From Candidatus Onthousia faecigallinarum (GTDB lineage Bacteria > Bacillota_I > Bacilli_A > RF39 > UBA660): a DNA stretch of 49,265 nt. This document shows positions 28,793 through 39,008 of the stretch, piece by piece (within the stretch, counting starts at the first letter, position 1; each line of letters starts with the position of its first letter). The stretch lies in assembly GCA_018716225.1 (NCBI GenBank), contig DVKE01000011.1, positions 1-49,265 on the forward strand, in the 5' to 3' direction. The position numbers were made by a program, and so were the translations under genes. The notes beneath the pieces are model-generated. The model did not search any database and was not told where the DNA came from. It worked only from the letters and a program-made list of their open reading frames with translations.

Positions 28793-30796
28793 TTATCCTG
28801 TTACGCGGAAAATATTAACCATATAAGGGGTATCCCGGAAACGGAATTCTTCGCTAGCCCCATCAACAATAATACGATAATCTCCAGCAGGAAGCCCTGA
28901 AATATCAAAACTAAAATCTTGATTATAAAAATCAGTACCCGGTGCAACTTCCGTAGGAGTTCGACCAATATTAAAGGTTCCTAAAGTAATAACACATTGA
29001 TTACTAGCATTAGCAACACATAAAGTTCTTACATGTTGTCCAAGACCATTCCAACTAGATTCAATATCATTCATATGAACTCTAATATGCATCGTAACGG
29101 TCGTTCCACTCGTTCTAACATTGGTAATAAACAAAGTATTCCACCAGAAATTACTATTTAAACATCGATCTCTTGTCGGTATCATTTGATCATTAGGACA
29201 AATAGTATAATTAGACTGTAACACCGTTGCCGCTTTTTTCGTTACCGTAAAGTTGGCATAATACCAACCAAGTCCATTATCAGGCATTTGCACTTGCTTA
29301 TTCCCAGCTTGATCAAAAACTTGAACATAAACCGTATAATTAGCGGTAGCATTAAGAGAATAGGAAAGACTAGAAGTATCACTAGTTAAAGTCCTATCAT
29401 AAGCACCATTTTTATTGATTTGAACTTGAATTTTACTAATTCCATTCGCATCATGTCCATCAATTTGATTATACATAGTATCCATAACATAAGTACCTTC
29501 TGGATAAACAAACGATAAAGTTGGTGGAGTTTTATCAATACGAATCATCGTAGTAGCGGGATCCGAACATCTACCATCAATATTACAATACCGGATATAA
29601 GCCGCTTGATTTCTTTCTGCTGAAAAAGGAGTAGTGGTAAACGAACTGCTAGCAGAATTACTATAGGTTGTATAACTAGAAGCATCATAACTATATTGCC
29701 AATAAGCAATTTGACCAGTATAAGTGGTACTAACTTGCAAGCTAAAGCTTTGATTGGTCCAATTTCCATTGGTAGGATTTTGAATCATTGGTACCGGTAA
29801 AGACAAATCAAGGGTTAAAACCACCGAAGAATTCTCCGAACAGTTTCCAGCAACATCACAAGTACGGAAATAAACAAGTTGATCCATATCCTCAGCAAAA
29901 GTTATCTCAGTACTTTCGACCCCTTTCTGTTCACTATACGTTTGCCAAGTCTCTCCATCCATACTATAATCCCAATGATCGATACCACTCAAAGCATCGG
30001 AAGAAGCTATGGTTAAAATTAAATCATCCTCTCCTGCTTGAATCGTAATCGCTGGTTTGGTAGGAGGAGTTTTATCAATATGATAAGAAGCAGTATTAGA
30101 AGTTTCACAAGTATTACCATGACTATCAAATAAGGTTAACTTCCCATATCGATTTCCTTCCTCACTTAATACGAATTCCGTTGGCTTTCCCGAACCATAC
30201 GTAGTCACACAACTACCTTCACTAGAACAATCATGTATTCGATAAGAAGTTACCTCCTCTGGAACATTAGAAACGCCAATGGTAATATTATGATTATACC
30301 AAGTATCACTATCATAATTTGGATCCACCGTAAAGTTCACGACACTACAATCAAGAGAACCTCCATCCCCATCATCCGTATTAGAAGTATAATTTGGACA
30401 AATTAATAAAGGATAATACAAATAATCTTTGGCACTCACTTTCGTTACCACTACAGCACTATAATTATAGACCGTTCCCGAATAAGAAACATTACCCTCA
30501 TAATCAACACAAGACTCTTCCTGACGATCAACAATTTCATCAATATAGTTCTGATCGACTAAGGTACTTAACAAAACAAAACTCTCTTCCCCAATTTCAG
30601 CAGGTAATTCACTACGATGATCCGAATAATATTCCATCGCTGCTGCCCGCATCATTTCTTCTTGATTTTCATAATACTCTCTTTCCGATCCTTGAATCGT
30701 TTTAAAAACACCAATTCCCACTACCGTTGTCAAAAGACCAAGAATCACAATTGTCGCTAATAATTCTACCATTGTAAAACCTTTTTGTTTTCTCAT
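28793..30796 (-). CDS. Large pilin-like adhesin: prepilin N-terminus plus tandem Ig-like domains
   Basis: KQKG|FTMVELLATIVILG class III signal; IDKTPP linkers; DALSGI / DANGIS...DxAGN Ig-like repeats; many paired Cys. Confidence 0.85.
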   Translation of the reverse strand: MRKQKGFTMVELLATIVILGLLTTVVGIGVFKTIQGSEREYYENQEEMMRAAAMEYYSDHRSELPAEIGEESFVLLSTLVDQNYIDEIVDRQEESCVDYEGNVSYSGTVYNYSAVVVTKVSAKDYLYYPLLICPNYTSNTDDGDGGSLDCSVVNFTVDPNYDSDTWYNHNITIGVSNVPEEVTSYRIHDCSSEGSCVTTYGSGKPTEFVLSEEGNRYGKLTLFDSHGNTCETSNTASYHIDKTPPTKPAITIQAGEDDLILTIASSDALSGIDHWDYSMDGETWQTYSEQKGVESTEITFAEDMDQLVYFRTCDVAGNCSENSSVVLTLDLSLPVPMIQNPTNGNWTNQSFSLQVSTTYTGQIAYWQYSYDASSYTTYSNSASSSFTTTPFSAERNQAAYIRYCNIDGRCSDPATTMIRIDKTPPTLSFVYPEGTYVMDTMYNQIDGHDANGISKIQVQINKNGAYDRTLTSDTSSLSYSLNATANYTVYVQVFDQAGNKQVQMPDNGLGWYYANFTVTKKAATVLQSNYTICPNDQMIPTRDRCLNSNFWWNTLFITNVRTSGTTVTMHIRVHMNDIESSWNGLGQHVRTLCVANASNQCVITLGTFNIGRTPTEVAPGTDFYNQDFSFDISGLPAGDYRIIVDGASEEFRFRDTPYMVNIFRVTG

Positions 30797-30851
30797 AACC
30801 TACCTCACATACCTTTACTATAATCCATTATAGCGAAAAAAAAGAAAAAAA

Positions 30852-31976
30852 TCATCTAATTTTTTTCAATTCTTTCAAAAAGAAATCATCTGTCATTCCA
30901 CATAAGAAATCAATAATCTGTCTTTTCAAAGAGGTATTCTTACAGTAAAAGTCATCTTGATGATTTAAAAACAAGGTATAAATCACACTCTTTTGATTCT
31001 GTTGCACCAGATCGTTATAATATTGATGATAAAGTTTCCACATTCCCACTTGATATTTTTTAAATTGAATCGTAGAAAGAGAATATCGATAAATATGTTC
31101 TTGATTAAAATTTTTTAATGCAAATAAGGCCTGATAAACTTTATCACTCATCTTAATATAAGGTTTGTCCATACTCTCTTTAATAATATCAAGAATAATA
31201 GTATTGACAATATCTCTATTATTATTTCCTAAAATAGATGTAATCGATTCTGGTAAATCCTTGCGATCAAACTTTCCAATCATAATTGCATCTTCAATAT
31301 CCCGTCCAATATAACCGATAATATCACTAATTCGAACGACACAGCCTTCTAAAGTCATCGGACGATAAGTTTTACTCTTTTTTAAATCTTGATAAGCTTC
31401 TTCATACTCCCGTAAAAATTCTTCTTTTGTCTTTTTCATGGGTTCATAAATAGGACTCACCATTTCTCCATTATGAGTCATAATACCATCTAAAACTTGT
31501 AAGGTTAAATTGTGTCCCTTTCCTCCATTCGCCACACAAAGATAATAACGAACACCTTGAATATTATGAGCAAAAGAACATCCCAATTCCTTTTGACAAA
31601 TCTCATTGATCATACTCTCTCCTGCATGGCCTAAAGGAGTATGACCAATATCATGACCTAAAGCAATCGCTTCGATCAAATCTTCATTTAAATTTAAGGC
31701 TCTCCCAATTGTTCGCGCAATCTTACTTACTAGTTGTACATGCGTAATTCTTCGACTCACATGATCATTATCATTCATGGGATACACTTGGGTTTTATTT
31801 AAATAACGAGTATAAGATAAAGAATGAATAATACGATCAATATCATGAAAATAAGGAGGTCGAATATCTTCTTTTTCTCCCCCAAAACGTATCGCATCCT
31901 TACTCAAAGTAGCATAAGGACTCAAATACTTTTCTTTCATTAAAAAATTCTTTTTTGCTTTCTCTAACACATTCAT
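30852..31976 (-). CDS. dgt: HD-domain deoxyguanosinetriphosphate triphosphohydrolase (dGTPase-like)
   Basis: DIDRIIHS, KTQV, RITH, LGHDIGHTPLGHAGE, TLEGCVVRISD, IIDFLCGMTD. Confidence 0.88.
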   Translation of the reverse strand: MNVLEKAKKNFLMKEKYLSPYATLSKDAIRFGGEKEDIRPPYFHDIDRIIHSLSYTRYLNKTQVYPMNDNDHVSRRITHVQLVSKIARTIGRALNLNEDLIEAIALGHDIGHTPLGHAGESMINEICQKELGCSFAHNIQGVRYYLCVANGGKGHNLTLQVLDGIMTHNGEMVSPIYEPMKKTKEEFLREYEEAYQDLKKSKTYRPMTLEGCVVRISDIIGYIGRDIEDAIMIGKFDRKDLPESITSILGNNNRDIVNTIILDIIKESMDKPYIKMSDKVYQALFALKNFNQEHIYRYSLSTIQFKKYQVGMWKLYHQYYNDLVQQNQKSVIYTLFLNHQDDFYCKNTSLKRQIIDFLCGMTDDFFLKELKKIR

Positions 31977-33151
31977 ACTTCTACCCTCTTTCGCATCATA
32001 GAATATTCTGGAAGCCCATGATCAAAAGGAATCTTTAAAATTTGTTCTGGATGTCGCGCCACTTCCAAAGAATGATTTTCCTCATCATAAATCGAATCCA
32101 CCTCAAAAGAATAGATTTCTCCCTTTGGCGTAAAAACTTCAACCGAATCTCCTACTTTAAAATAATTTCTCTCACGCATCAAGAAACATTTCATCTCATC
32201 ATCATAACCAAAAATAAGGCCTAAATAATCTTGATTGGATAACTCTTGTCTTCCTGTATAATATTGATCTTGTTTCCCTGCTTCTTTTAAAAAGAATTGA
32301 CTAGTACTTTCTCGATTGGCAACCCGAGATAGTATTTTTTGATATTTTAAAGCAAAAGATTCTGTCAACTCTCCTTTATAATAAGCATCAATCAAAGCTC
32401 TATAACTACCAATAACCGTTGCAAGATAATACAAAGAGCGCATACGCCCTTCTACTTTTAAAGAAGTAACCCCCGTCTCGATTAATAAAGGAATATAACA
32501 AGATAAATTCAAATCTTTACTAGCCATCGTAAAAGGACCTTCTTCACTCTCAAAAGCAAAACGACATACTTGGGCACACCCCCCTCGATTCGCATCTCGA
32601 TTGGTAACATAATTCGATAAGGCACAACGGCCACTTACACAAGTACACATCGCACCATGCAAAAAGACTTCAACATCAACACCTGATTTTTCAATAATCT
32701 CTTGAATATCATCTTTTCCAACTTCACGAGCTAAAACAATGCGTTTAACTCCTAAAGAGCGATAAAACAAAGCCGCTTCATAATTCATAACCGAAGCCTG
32801 CGTAGACAAATGACATTCTACTTTTGGATAATGCTCTACCATATAACAAATCACATAAGGATCACTCACAATTACCCCATCAATTCCACAAGCACAAACT
32901 TCCTCTAAATACTCTTCCATTCCCATATAATCTTCTTCATGAAAGACAATATTTACAGTTAAATAGACTTTTTTATTTAAAGAATGAGCAAAAGAACAAC
33001 CTTCTTTTAATTCTTCTAAATTAAAATTAGTGGCATTTGCCCGTAACCCAAGCTTACTTCCTCCAACATATACCGCATCTGCTCCATAGAGTAAGGTTAC
33101 TTTTAAACGCTCTAAATCTCCCGCTGGAGCTAATAATTCTACTCGTTTCAT
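31973..33151 (-). CDS. U32 family tRNA hydroxylation protein, large subunit (YrrO/TrhP2-like)
   Basis: ELLAPAG, GADAVY, HLSTQA, HGAMCTCVSGRC...NRGGCAQVCR Fe-S motif, KVEGR. Confidence 0.92.
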   Translation of the reverse strand: MKRVELLAPAGDLERLKVTLLYGADAVYVGGSKLGLRANATNFNLEELKEGCSFAHSLNKKVYLTVNIVFHEEDYMGMEEYLEEVCACGIDGVIVSDPYVICYMVEHYPKVECHLSTQASVMNYEAALFYRSLGVKRIVLAREVGKDDIQEIIEKSGVDVEVFLHGAMCTCVSGRCALSNYVTNRDANRGGCAQVCRFAFESEEGPFTMASKDLNLSCYIPLLIETGVTSLKVEGRMRSLYYLATVIGSYRALIDAYYKGELTESFALKYQKILSRVANRESTSQFFLKEAGKQDQYYTGRQELSNQDYLGLIFGYDDEMKCFLMRERNYFKVGDSVEVFTPKGEIYSFEVDSIYDEENHSLEVARHPEQILKIPFDHGLPEYSMMRKRVEV

Positions 33152-33966
33152 TTCTTCACCCGATAAATACTTTTCCGATAGAAAAAACCTCGATTCCTAC
33201 CAACCAAAGCATCTACCCTTTCTTGATTAAAGTTCTTATAGTGACGAATCACCTCACAATAAGTATCCGTTGTAAAATCATCTTGCTTCAAAACTCCATA
33301 GATAAGAATACCTTTTAACTCAGAATAAACAAAAGATGCATTAAAGCGTTTCCCATAAAGAAAACTTGTGCCCTCTTTCCCTTCTAATACAAAATACTTT
33401 TGCTCATATTTTGGCTCTTTAATTGTTAAAGGTGACTTCATTGAAAGATTAGATAACAATTTTCGCTTTGACATAGCAACTACAGGATAACCAACCAATA
33501 GTCCAGTTAAAGAGCAACTTGTCCCTTGCGCTATCTTTTTCATTTCCTCAAAAGTAATCTCATTTGAAAGAAACGCTCCAGACACACCATATTTTTGATA
33601 AAAATTTAATGTCTTGCTATTAGTAACCATATGAGTTTGAAACAAAAACAAAGGAATAGACAAACTCTCTTCACTTTTCATCTGCAAAATAGCAAGATCA
33701 TAAAAATAAACCCCATCTATTTTAATAGCATCAAGCTCAATCAAAGTTTTTCTTAAACAATCAAGATCCTTGTTTTCGATCATTTTATTCATGATAATAA
33801 AACAAGGCACCGTACTCTTTTCCTCTCGGAACTTTTTGATTTCATCCAAAGAAAAAAAAGAAAAAAAATCACAAGAAAAATCTTCCAAGGGAAAAAGAAA
33901 CCCATCGATTCCACAAGCCAAATAATCAGAAAAATTATGATCCGTTGGAATACTTAATAACTGCAC
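33148..33966 (-). CDS. U32 family protein, small subunit (YrrN/TrhP1-like), divergent
   Basis: MNKMIEN, FYDLA, THMVTNS, LSNEI, MSKRKLL, GFFYRKSIYR; ATGA-coupled to the large U32 gene. Confidence 0.8.
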   Translation of the reverse strand: MQLLSIPTDHNFSDYLACGIDGFLFPLEDFSCDFFSFFSLDEIKKFREEKSTVPCFIIMNKMIENKDLDCLRKTLIELDAIKIDGVYFYDLAILQMKSEESLSIPLFLFQTHMVTNSKTLNFYQKYGVSGAFLSNEITFEEMKKIAQGTSCSLTGLLVGYPVVAMSKRKLLSNLSMKSPLTIKEPKYEQKYFVLEGKEGTSFLYGKRFNASFVYSELKGILIYGVLKQDDFTTDTYCEVIRHYKNFNQERVDALVGRNRGFFYRKSIYRVKK

Positions 33967-34085
33967 AACTACTTCCTCCTTTTTCTATTACCTTATCGCG
34001 AAACACCAAGAAAATCAACTATTTCTTTTGCTATTTAAATTTCATTTTAAAGAAAAAAGAACCGAATCGTTCTTTTTTAAAGAGG

Positions 34086-36029
34086 TTAGGAAAGAGCAAT
34101 TTCAAAAGGATCTTGCTGTGTCCCTGTTCCTCCTGTAATAATGACATTTTGTTTTAAATTAAGGGCTGGCTTAACATAACCACTCGCACTGCTTGAACTA
34201 AGATTAGCACCCCCATAATCAAGAGTCATAGCATTCATGCTAGAACTATCATATGGGTTCATAAGCCAATATCCTGTTGAACCAACACTACCATCAACAA
34301 CACCTTCACTTGCTAACAACTCGCCAACGCGAAGCAACCCAATCGTAGCCGTTGTTGATGACGCAAGAGTGGTAGTAGACCCATTAGCATACTTTGCAAG
34401 AACATAACTGCTACCATAGCCAACCGTACCAGTATACCAAGTAGTATTTTCTTCTATCATATTTCTTTGATCAGAAGTAATATAATTTGTTAAATAGGTC
34501 CCATTTAAAAAGGTCTTTATCACACTACTAGAAAAATCATTGCTTCGACCATAAGCCGAAGAAAGATAATCGCCTCCACTTTTAAGTGGCATAGCACTCG
34601 TTATTTTTGTTAATCCCTTTGTCTCATGGCTAACAATACGATACAAAGTGTTTTCACCCGTTCCAAATCTTACATATTCTCCACTATAACGTTCAGACAA
34701 CATAGTACCAGATAAGTTGGTATCATTATCCCCACTTAAGCGATAAGGATTCTCAATGGTTCCATCCCCACCAGCAATTCGCACACTTGGCTTTAATACA
34801 ATGGAAGGACGTAATCCAAAAGCTTTCTGTGGCTCATAACTACCAATCGATCCATTCGAATAAATATACGTAAGTAGTTTATCATCCTCCGGTGATAAAG
34901 TCCACCAAGGAGCTTGAATCCACAAATAACTACTAAGGGCATCTAAAGAAAAAGATTTCTTAAATTCATAAGAATTTAAAAGCCCTACAGCAGCCGTTAC
35001 CATCGTTGTTTCTTGCGGTTTACTATCATCAGAAGTAGCCGTAGTAGCATTCCAAACAGCATCCATTTTAATAAACTTCTCAGGCTCTCTTAAATTACCA
35101 AGGAAACCATCTACCGAGGTATCATTTAACCAATTATAGGCATAAGACGTTTGAAAAGCAGGATCACCGTTAGAATAAGGAATGGATGCAACATTCCATT
35201 GAGTCACTAATTTCACAGAATTATCTTTCGGATCGATGGACACAACACGCCATAATTTACCACTATACCAAACATAATTATCAGGATTAACACCAGCAAT
35301 AAAGGTTTGTGAAGAATCATCTGAATTAATCTCTCCTTCTTCCCCTACACCACTTTGTAAAGAACCAGCTACTAACTCTCCAGTTTGATTTGTTGCATTC
35401 ACCACAATTTTTCCATGGAAATGTTTCCCGATCGCATCATTTAAAGCATTATCTTCTAACCATACTCTTAAAGTATAAGTTTTCTCTCCACCAGATTCTA
35501 AAGTATCTGTTGCAATTTGATCCCCACTACCTAAAATACGAGGATCCCCTCCATCAATAGAATACTTAATATAATTCTTATTCAATAGGTTCCCACTACA
35601 ACCATCTTGAGTGATCATATCATCATCATCAATCAAAGAAATGGTATAATCAGCAGTTAAAGTACCCGTATTCGTAATAGTAAAAATATAGGGTTCAGAA
35701 AGTAGGCCTTCCTCATCTGTTAAAGGATATTGATCTGCTAAACTAATCGTATCATTTGCATCACTTCCAAAATCTATGTTTAAAGTACCCACTTTAATCA
35801 CGTTATAATCACTTGACTTTACACTTGTAGTAAAAATAGCGAAACTACTCCCAATAGCAAGAAAAGTAACCGCAAAAATAGAAACTAAAGTAAGCATCAA
35901 TTGCCTTTTACCCATTTTCGTCAAAGCAACCTCACGATAATCGTAATTCTTTTTAATATATTTACTAGCCCCCTTAGAATCATTCTCTTCTGCTACATGA
36001 TATTTTTTTCTTTTTTTGAACTCTGCCAT
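34086..36029 (-). CDS. Secreted surface protein: TasA/SipW-type signal, TasA-like N-domain, two DUF6273-like domains (paralog of 13249..15120)
   Basis: GSSFA|IFT signal; YIFTITNTG...YTLRVWLE...FHGKIVV; blocks shared with the paralog (WYSGKLWR, WLNDTSVDGFLGNLR, FGTGENTLY). Confidence 0.75.
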   Translation of the reverse strand: MAEFKKRKKYHVAEENDSKGASKYIKKNYDYREVALTKMGKRQLMLTLVSIFAVTFLAIGSSFAIFTTSVKSSDYNVIKVGTLNIDFGSDANDTISLADQYPLTDEEGLLSEPYIFTITNTGTLTADYTISLIDDDDMITQDGCSGNLLNKNYIKYSIDGGDPRILGSGDQIATDTLESGGEKTYTLRVWLEDNALNDAIGKHFHGKIVVNATNQTGELVAGSLQSGVGEEGEINSDDSSQTFIAGVNPDNYVWYSGKLWRVVSIDPKDNSVKLVTQWNVASIPYSNGDPAFQTSYAYNWLNDTSVDGFLGNLREPEKFIKMDAVWNATTATSDDSKPQETTMVTAAVGLLNSYEFKKSFSLDALSSYLWIQAPWWTLSPEDDKLLTYIYSNGSIGSYEPQKAFGLRPSIVLKPSVRIAGGDGTIENPYRLSGDNDTNLSGTMLSERYSGEYVRFGTGENTLYRIVSHETKGLTKITSAMPLKSGGDYLSSAYGRSNDFSSSVIKTFLNGTYLTNYITSDQRNMIEENTTWYTGTVGYGSSYVLAKYANGSTTTLASSTTATIGLLRVGELLASEGVVDGSVGSTGYWLMNPYDSSSMNAMTLDYGGANLSSSSASGYVKPALNLKQNVIITGGTGTQQDPFEIALS

Positions 36030-36189
36030 TTTTTCACCCTACCTTATTTCTACTAATACTATAACAAATTTTTTGCTCTTTTAAAAGAGCAAATAAAAAG
36101 AAAAAGCGACAAATAATGTTCGCACTTCTTTCTTTTCAAACTATTTAAGTTTCAAATTATCAATAATTTCCTAATAACAGATAAGAATT

Positions 36190-36410
36190 TTGAAAGCTAC
36201 TACTTCCTCTAACCATAATCTTAAAGTATTAATTCTACTTCTACTAGATTCTAACGTCCCATTATAATTTGATCCTATTACCTAAAAGAAAAAACTACTT
36301 TAAACAGCAAGAAAAGGAAACATAAAAAAGAAACGAAAGGAAGTATCAATTGCCATTTTCTCATCTTCGATAAAACTATTTTTCTACCATCAAATTCTTT
36401 TTTATCGTGT
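36190..36410 (-). pseudogene. Decayed, internally deleted relic of a TasA-signal paralog of 34086..36029
   Basis: Fragments KKEFDGRKIVLSKMRKWQLILPFVSF../..FLAV*SSF and GTLESSRSRINTLRLWLEE align with KKNYDYREVALTKMGKRQLMLTLVSIF..FLAIGSSF and DTLESGGEKTYTLRVWLED. Contains frameshifts and stops. Confidence 0.65.
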
Positions 36411-36474
36411 TTTTTACGCTTTTTCTGTAACCGCTTTGCTTACCTCTTATAATATAACAAGTTTTAAATTCTTT

Positions 36475-38994
36475 TTACTTTAGAAAATCATCAATAGTCA
36501 TAAGCCTAGCATCAATATCTTCTAAAGATATTTGTTCTTTTTTTGAGATCACTTCTTCTTTCCCTTCTTCTTGTTTCCCCTCTTCTAAAGTCGGAATCAA
36601 AAAAGCATCCGTAATTCCTTTTTTATGAATCGTACTACCAGTAGAATAACGATCCGTGATCGCTAGTTCTGATGGCTTAATAGTAATTAGTTCCCCATTT
36701 TTAATACCAATCCGATCTTTGTTATGAAGAAAGAAAGCTTTGACAATAGAATAAGGATTCGTCTTAACTTCACGAATGGTAAGAAGTCCCCTTCTTGCTC
36801 TTGAAGTCTTTTCGAAGTCACTTAATCTCATTCTCTTACCAGTTCCCTTATCCGTAACCACTGCTAAGAACTCTTCTTTTGAAGCATCAAAATTCAAAGC
36901 AGCTACCACTTCATCCTCCTTCAAATTGATCGCCTTCACTCCGCTTGCTTTCACCCCAACTACAGGGACTTCTTCCGTCGCAAACCATAAACCATAACCT
37001 TTTTTCGTTTCTAAAAACATATCTGGATCTTGATCATACCCAACCCAGATCAAACGATCCTTTTCTTTTAATTTCATACAACTAGAAGGTTTCGTATAGC
37101 GAGTTAATTTAAAATCTTTAAGACCCGTTCGTTTGATCATACCATCTTTTGAAGCTAAAATAAGGTTTATTTCTTGATCAAAACTTTTAACAGGAAGAGA
37201 TCCAATAACTTCTTCTCCTTGTTCCAAAGGTACTAAATTACTAACATGTTTACCAAGCTCTTTCCATTTTAAATCATAAATGATATAAACTGGAAGATAT
37301 AAATAATTACCCAAAGAAGTAAAGACAAGAAGTATATCTTGAGTATTCATTTTATAAATACTTTGAAGATAATCTCCTTCTTTTAAGGTTGGCCCTTCAC
37401 TAGCAGCAGCACTATAACTCCTAAGATTTGTTCTTTTAATATAACCCTCATGACTAAGTGTAACAATCGCCTCTTCTTTTGGAATCATAGAAGCCGTATC
37501 GATCTTAATCTCTGTAATTTCCTCTTTAATTTCAGTTAATCTTGGTAAAGCAAATTCTTTTTTGACATCTCTTAAATCCTTTTTCATAACAGATTTTAAA
37601 ATTTCTTCATTTCCAAGAATCGCTTCTAATCCTTCAATAATTTTCTCTAATTTTGCCATCTCTTCCTGCAAAGCAACTACATCCGTATTAGTTAAGCGAT
37701 AAAGTTGTAATGTCACAATCGCTTCGGCTTGTTCCATCGTAAAATCAAATTCTTTTACTAAATTTTCTTTGGCATCCGTTTTATTCTTGGATCCCCGAAT
37801 CACCTGAATCACTTCATCCAAAATCGAAATACATTTAATTAGTCCTTCCACAATATGGTACCTTGCCTTAGCATGAGCAAGATCAAAATTGGTTCTTCTT
37901 GTCACTACTTCTCTTTGATGACGAATAAAAGCATCAATGGCTCCTGCTAAACCAAGAAGTTTAGGCCTTTTATTAACAATTGCCACCATGTTATAGCTGT
38001 AACTGATTTGCATATCGGTATTTTTTAGTAAGTAATTTAAAATAAGTTCCCGATTCGCTCCCTTTTTTAAATCAATCACAACCCGCACATCAGCAGCAGA
38101 CTCATCTCGAACTTCTAAGATTCCATCAATCTTTTTATCTAAGCGAATATCATCCATTTTTTTCACCATCAAAGCCTTATTGACTTCAAAAGGAATCTCT
38201 GTAATGATAATCGAATTGGTCTTTTCATCGAATTCATATTTACTACGAATGACAACTTTTCCTTTTCCTGTTTCAAACGCCTCTCGAATACCAGACAGTC
38301 CTTCAACAATACCCCCAGTTGGAAAATCAGGCCCTTTGACATATTTCATTAAGGTATCAAGAGAGCAGTTCGGATTATCAATACGATGAATCGTAGCATC
38401 GATCACTTCCCCTAAGTTATGAGGGGGAATATTAGTAGCATACCCAGCAGAAATTCCTTGTGCGCCATAGACAAGCAACGCGGGAAAACGTGCCGGTAAA
38501 ACGGTTGGTTCTTTGGTCGTATCATCAAAGTTAGGCGCAAATTCCACCGTATCTTTATCAATATCACGAAGCATTTCATTACTAATCTTGGAAAGACGAG
38601 CCTCTGTATAACGATAAGCAGCAGGACTATCTCCATCAATCGATCCATTATTTCCATGCATATCAATATAAGGAAGTCTTGTTTTCCAAGGTTGACTCAT
38701 TCTTACCATCGCATCATAAATTGAAGTGTCACCATGAGGATGATAATTACCAATTACATCTCCAACCGTTTTCGCACTCTTCCGATAACCATGATCATAA
38801 GTGTTTTTTTCTTTATGCATCGAATAAAGAATTCTTCGTTGAACAGGTTTTAAGCCATCTCTTGCATCAGGAATCGCCCGTTCTTGAATAATATATTTAG
38901 AATAACTACCAAAACGTTCTCCCATTAAATCTTCCAAGGTATAATCATAAATTCGTTCGATGACTTCTTCTGTTTCTGTTTTTTTCTTTGCCAT
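36475..38994 (-). CDS. parC: DNA topoisomerase IV subunit A
   Basis: LEDLMGERFGSYSKYIIQERAIPDARDGLKPVQRR, YHPHGD, AAYRYTEARL, QAEAIVTLQLYRLTNTD (ParC type); no GyrA-box seen. Confidence 0.95.
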   Translation of the reverse strand: MAKKKTETEEVIERIYDYTLEDLMGERFGSYSKYIIQERAIPDARDGLKPVQRRILYSMHKEKNTYDHGYRKSAKTVGDVIGNYHPHGDTSIYDAMVRMSQPWKTRLPYIDMHGNNGSIDGDSPAAYRYTEARLSKISNEMLRDIDKDTVEFAPNFDDTTKEPTVLPARFPALLVYGAQGISAGYATNIPPHNLGEVIDATIHRIDNPNCSLDTLMKYVKGPDFPTGGIVEGLSGIREAFETGKGKVVIRSKYEFDEKTNSIIITEIPFEVNKALMVKKMDDIRLDKKIDGILEVRDESAADVRVVIDLKKGANRELILNYLLKNTDMQISYSYNMVAIVNKRPKLLGLAGAIDAFIRHQREVVTRRTNFDLAHAKARYHIVEGLIKCISILDEVIQVIRGSKNKTDAKENLVKEFDFTMEQAEAIVTLQLYRLTNTDVVALQEEMAKLEKIIEGLEAILGNEEILKSVMKKDLRDVKKEFALPRLTEIKEEITEIKIDTASMIPKEEAIVTLSHEGYIKRTNLRSYSAAASEGPTLKEGDYLQSIYKMNTQDILLVFTSLGNYLYLPVYIIYDLKWKELGKHVSNLVPLEQGEEVIGSLPVKSFDQEINLILASKDGMIKRTGLKDFKLTRYTKPSSCMKLKEKDRLIWVGYDQDPDMFLETKKGYGLWFATEEVPVVGVKASGVKAINLKEDEVVAALNFDASKEEFLAVVTDKGTGKRMRLSDFEKTSRARRGLLTIREVKTNPYSIVKAFFLHNKDRIGIKNGELITIKPSELAITDRYSTGSTIHKKGITDAFLIPTLEEGKQEEGKEEVISKKEQISLEDIDARLMTIDDFLK

Positions 38995-39008
38995 TCTTTA
39001 TCACTTCC

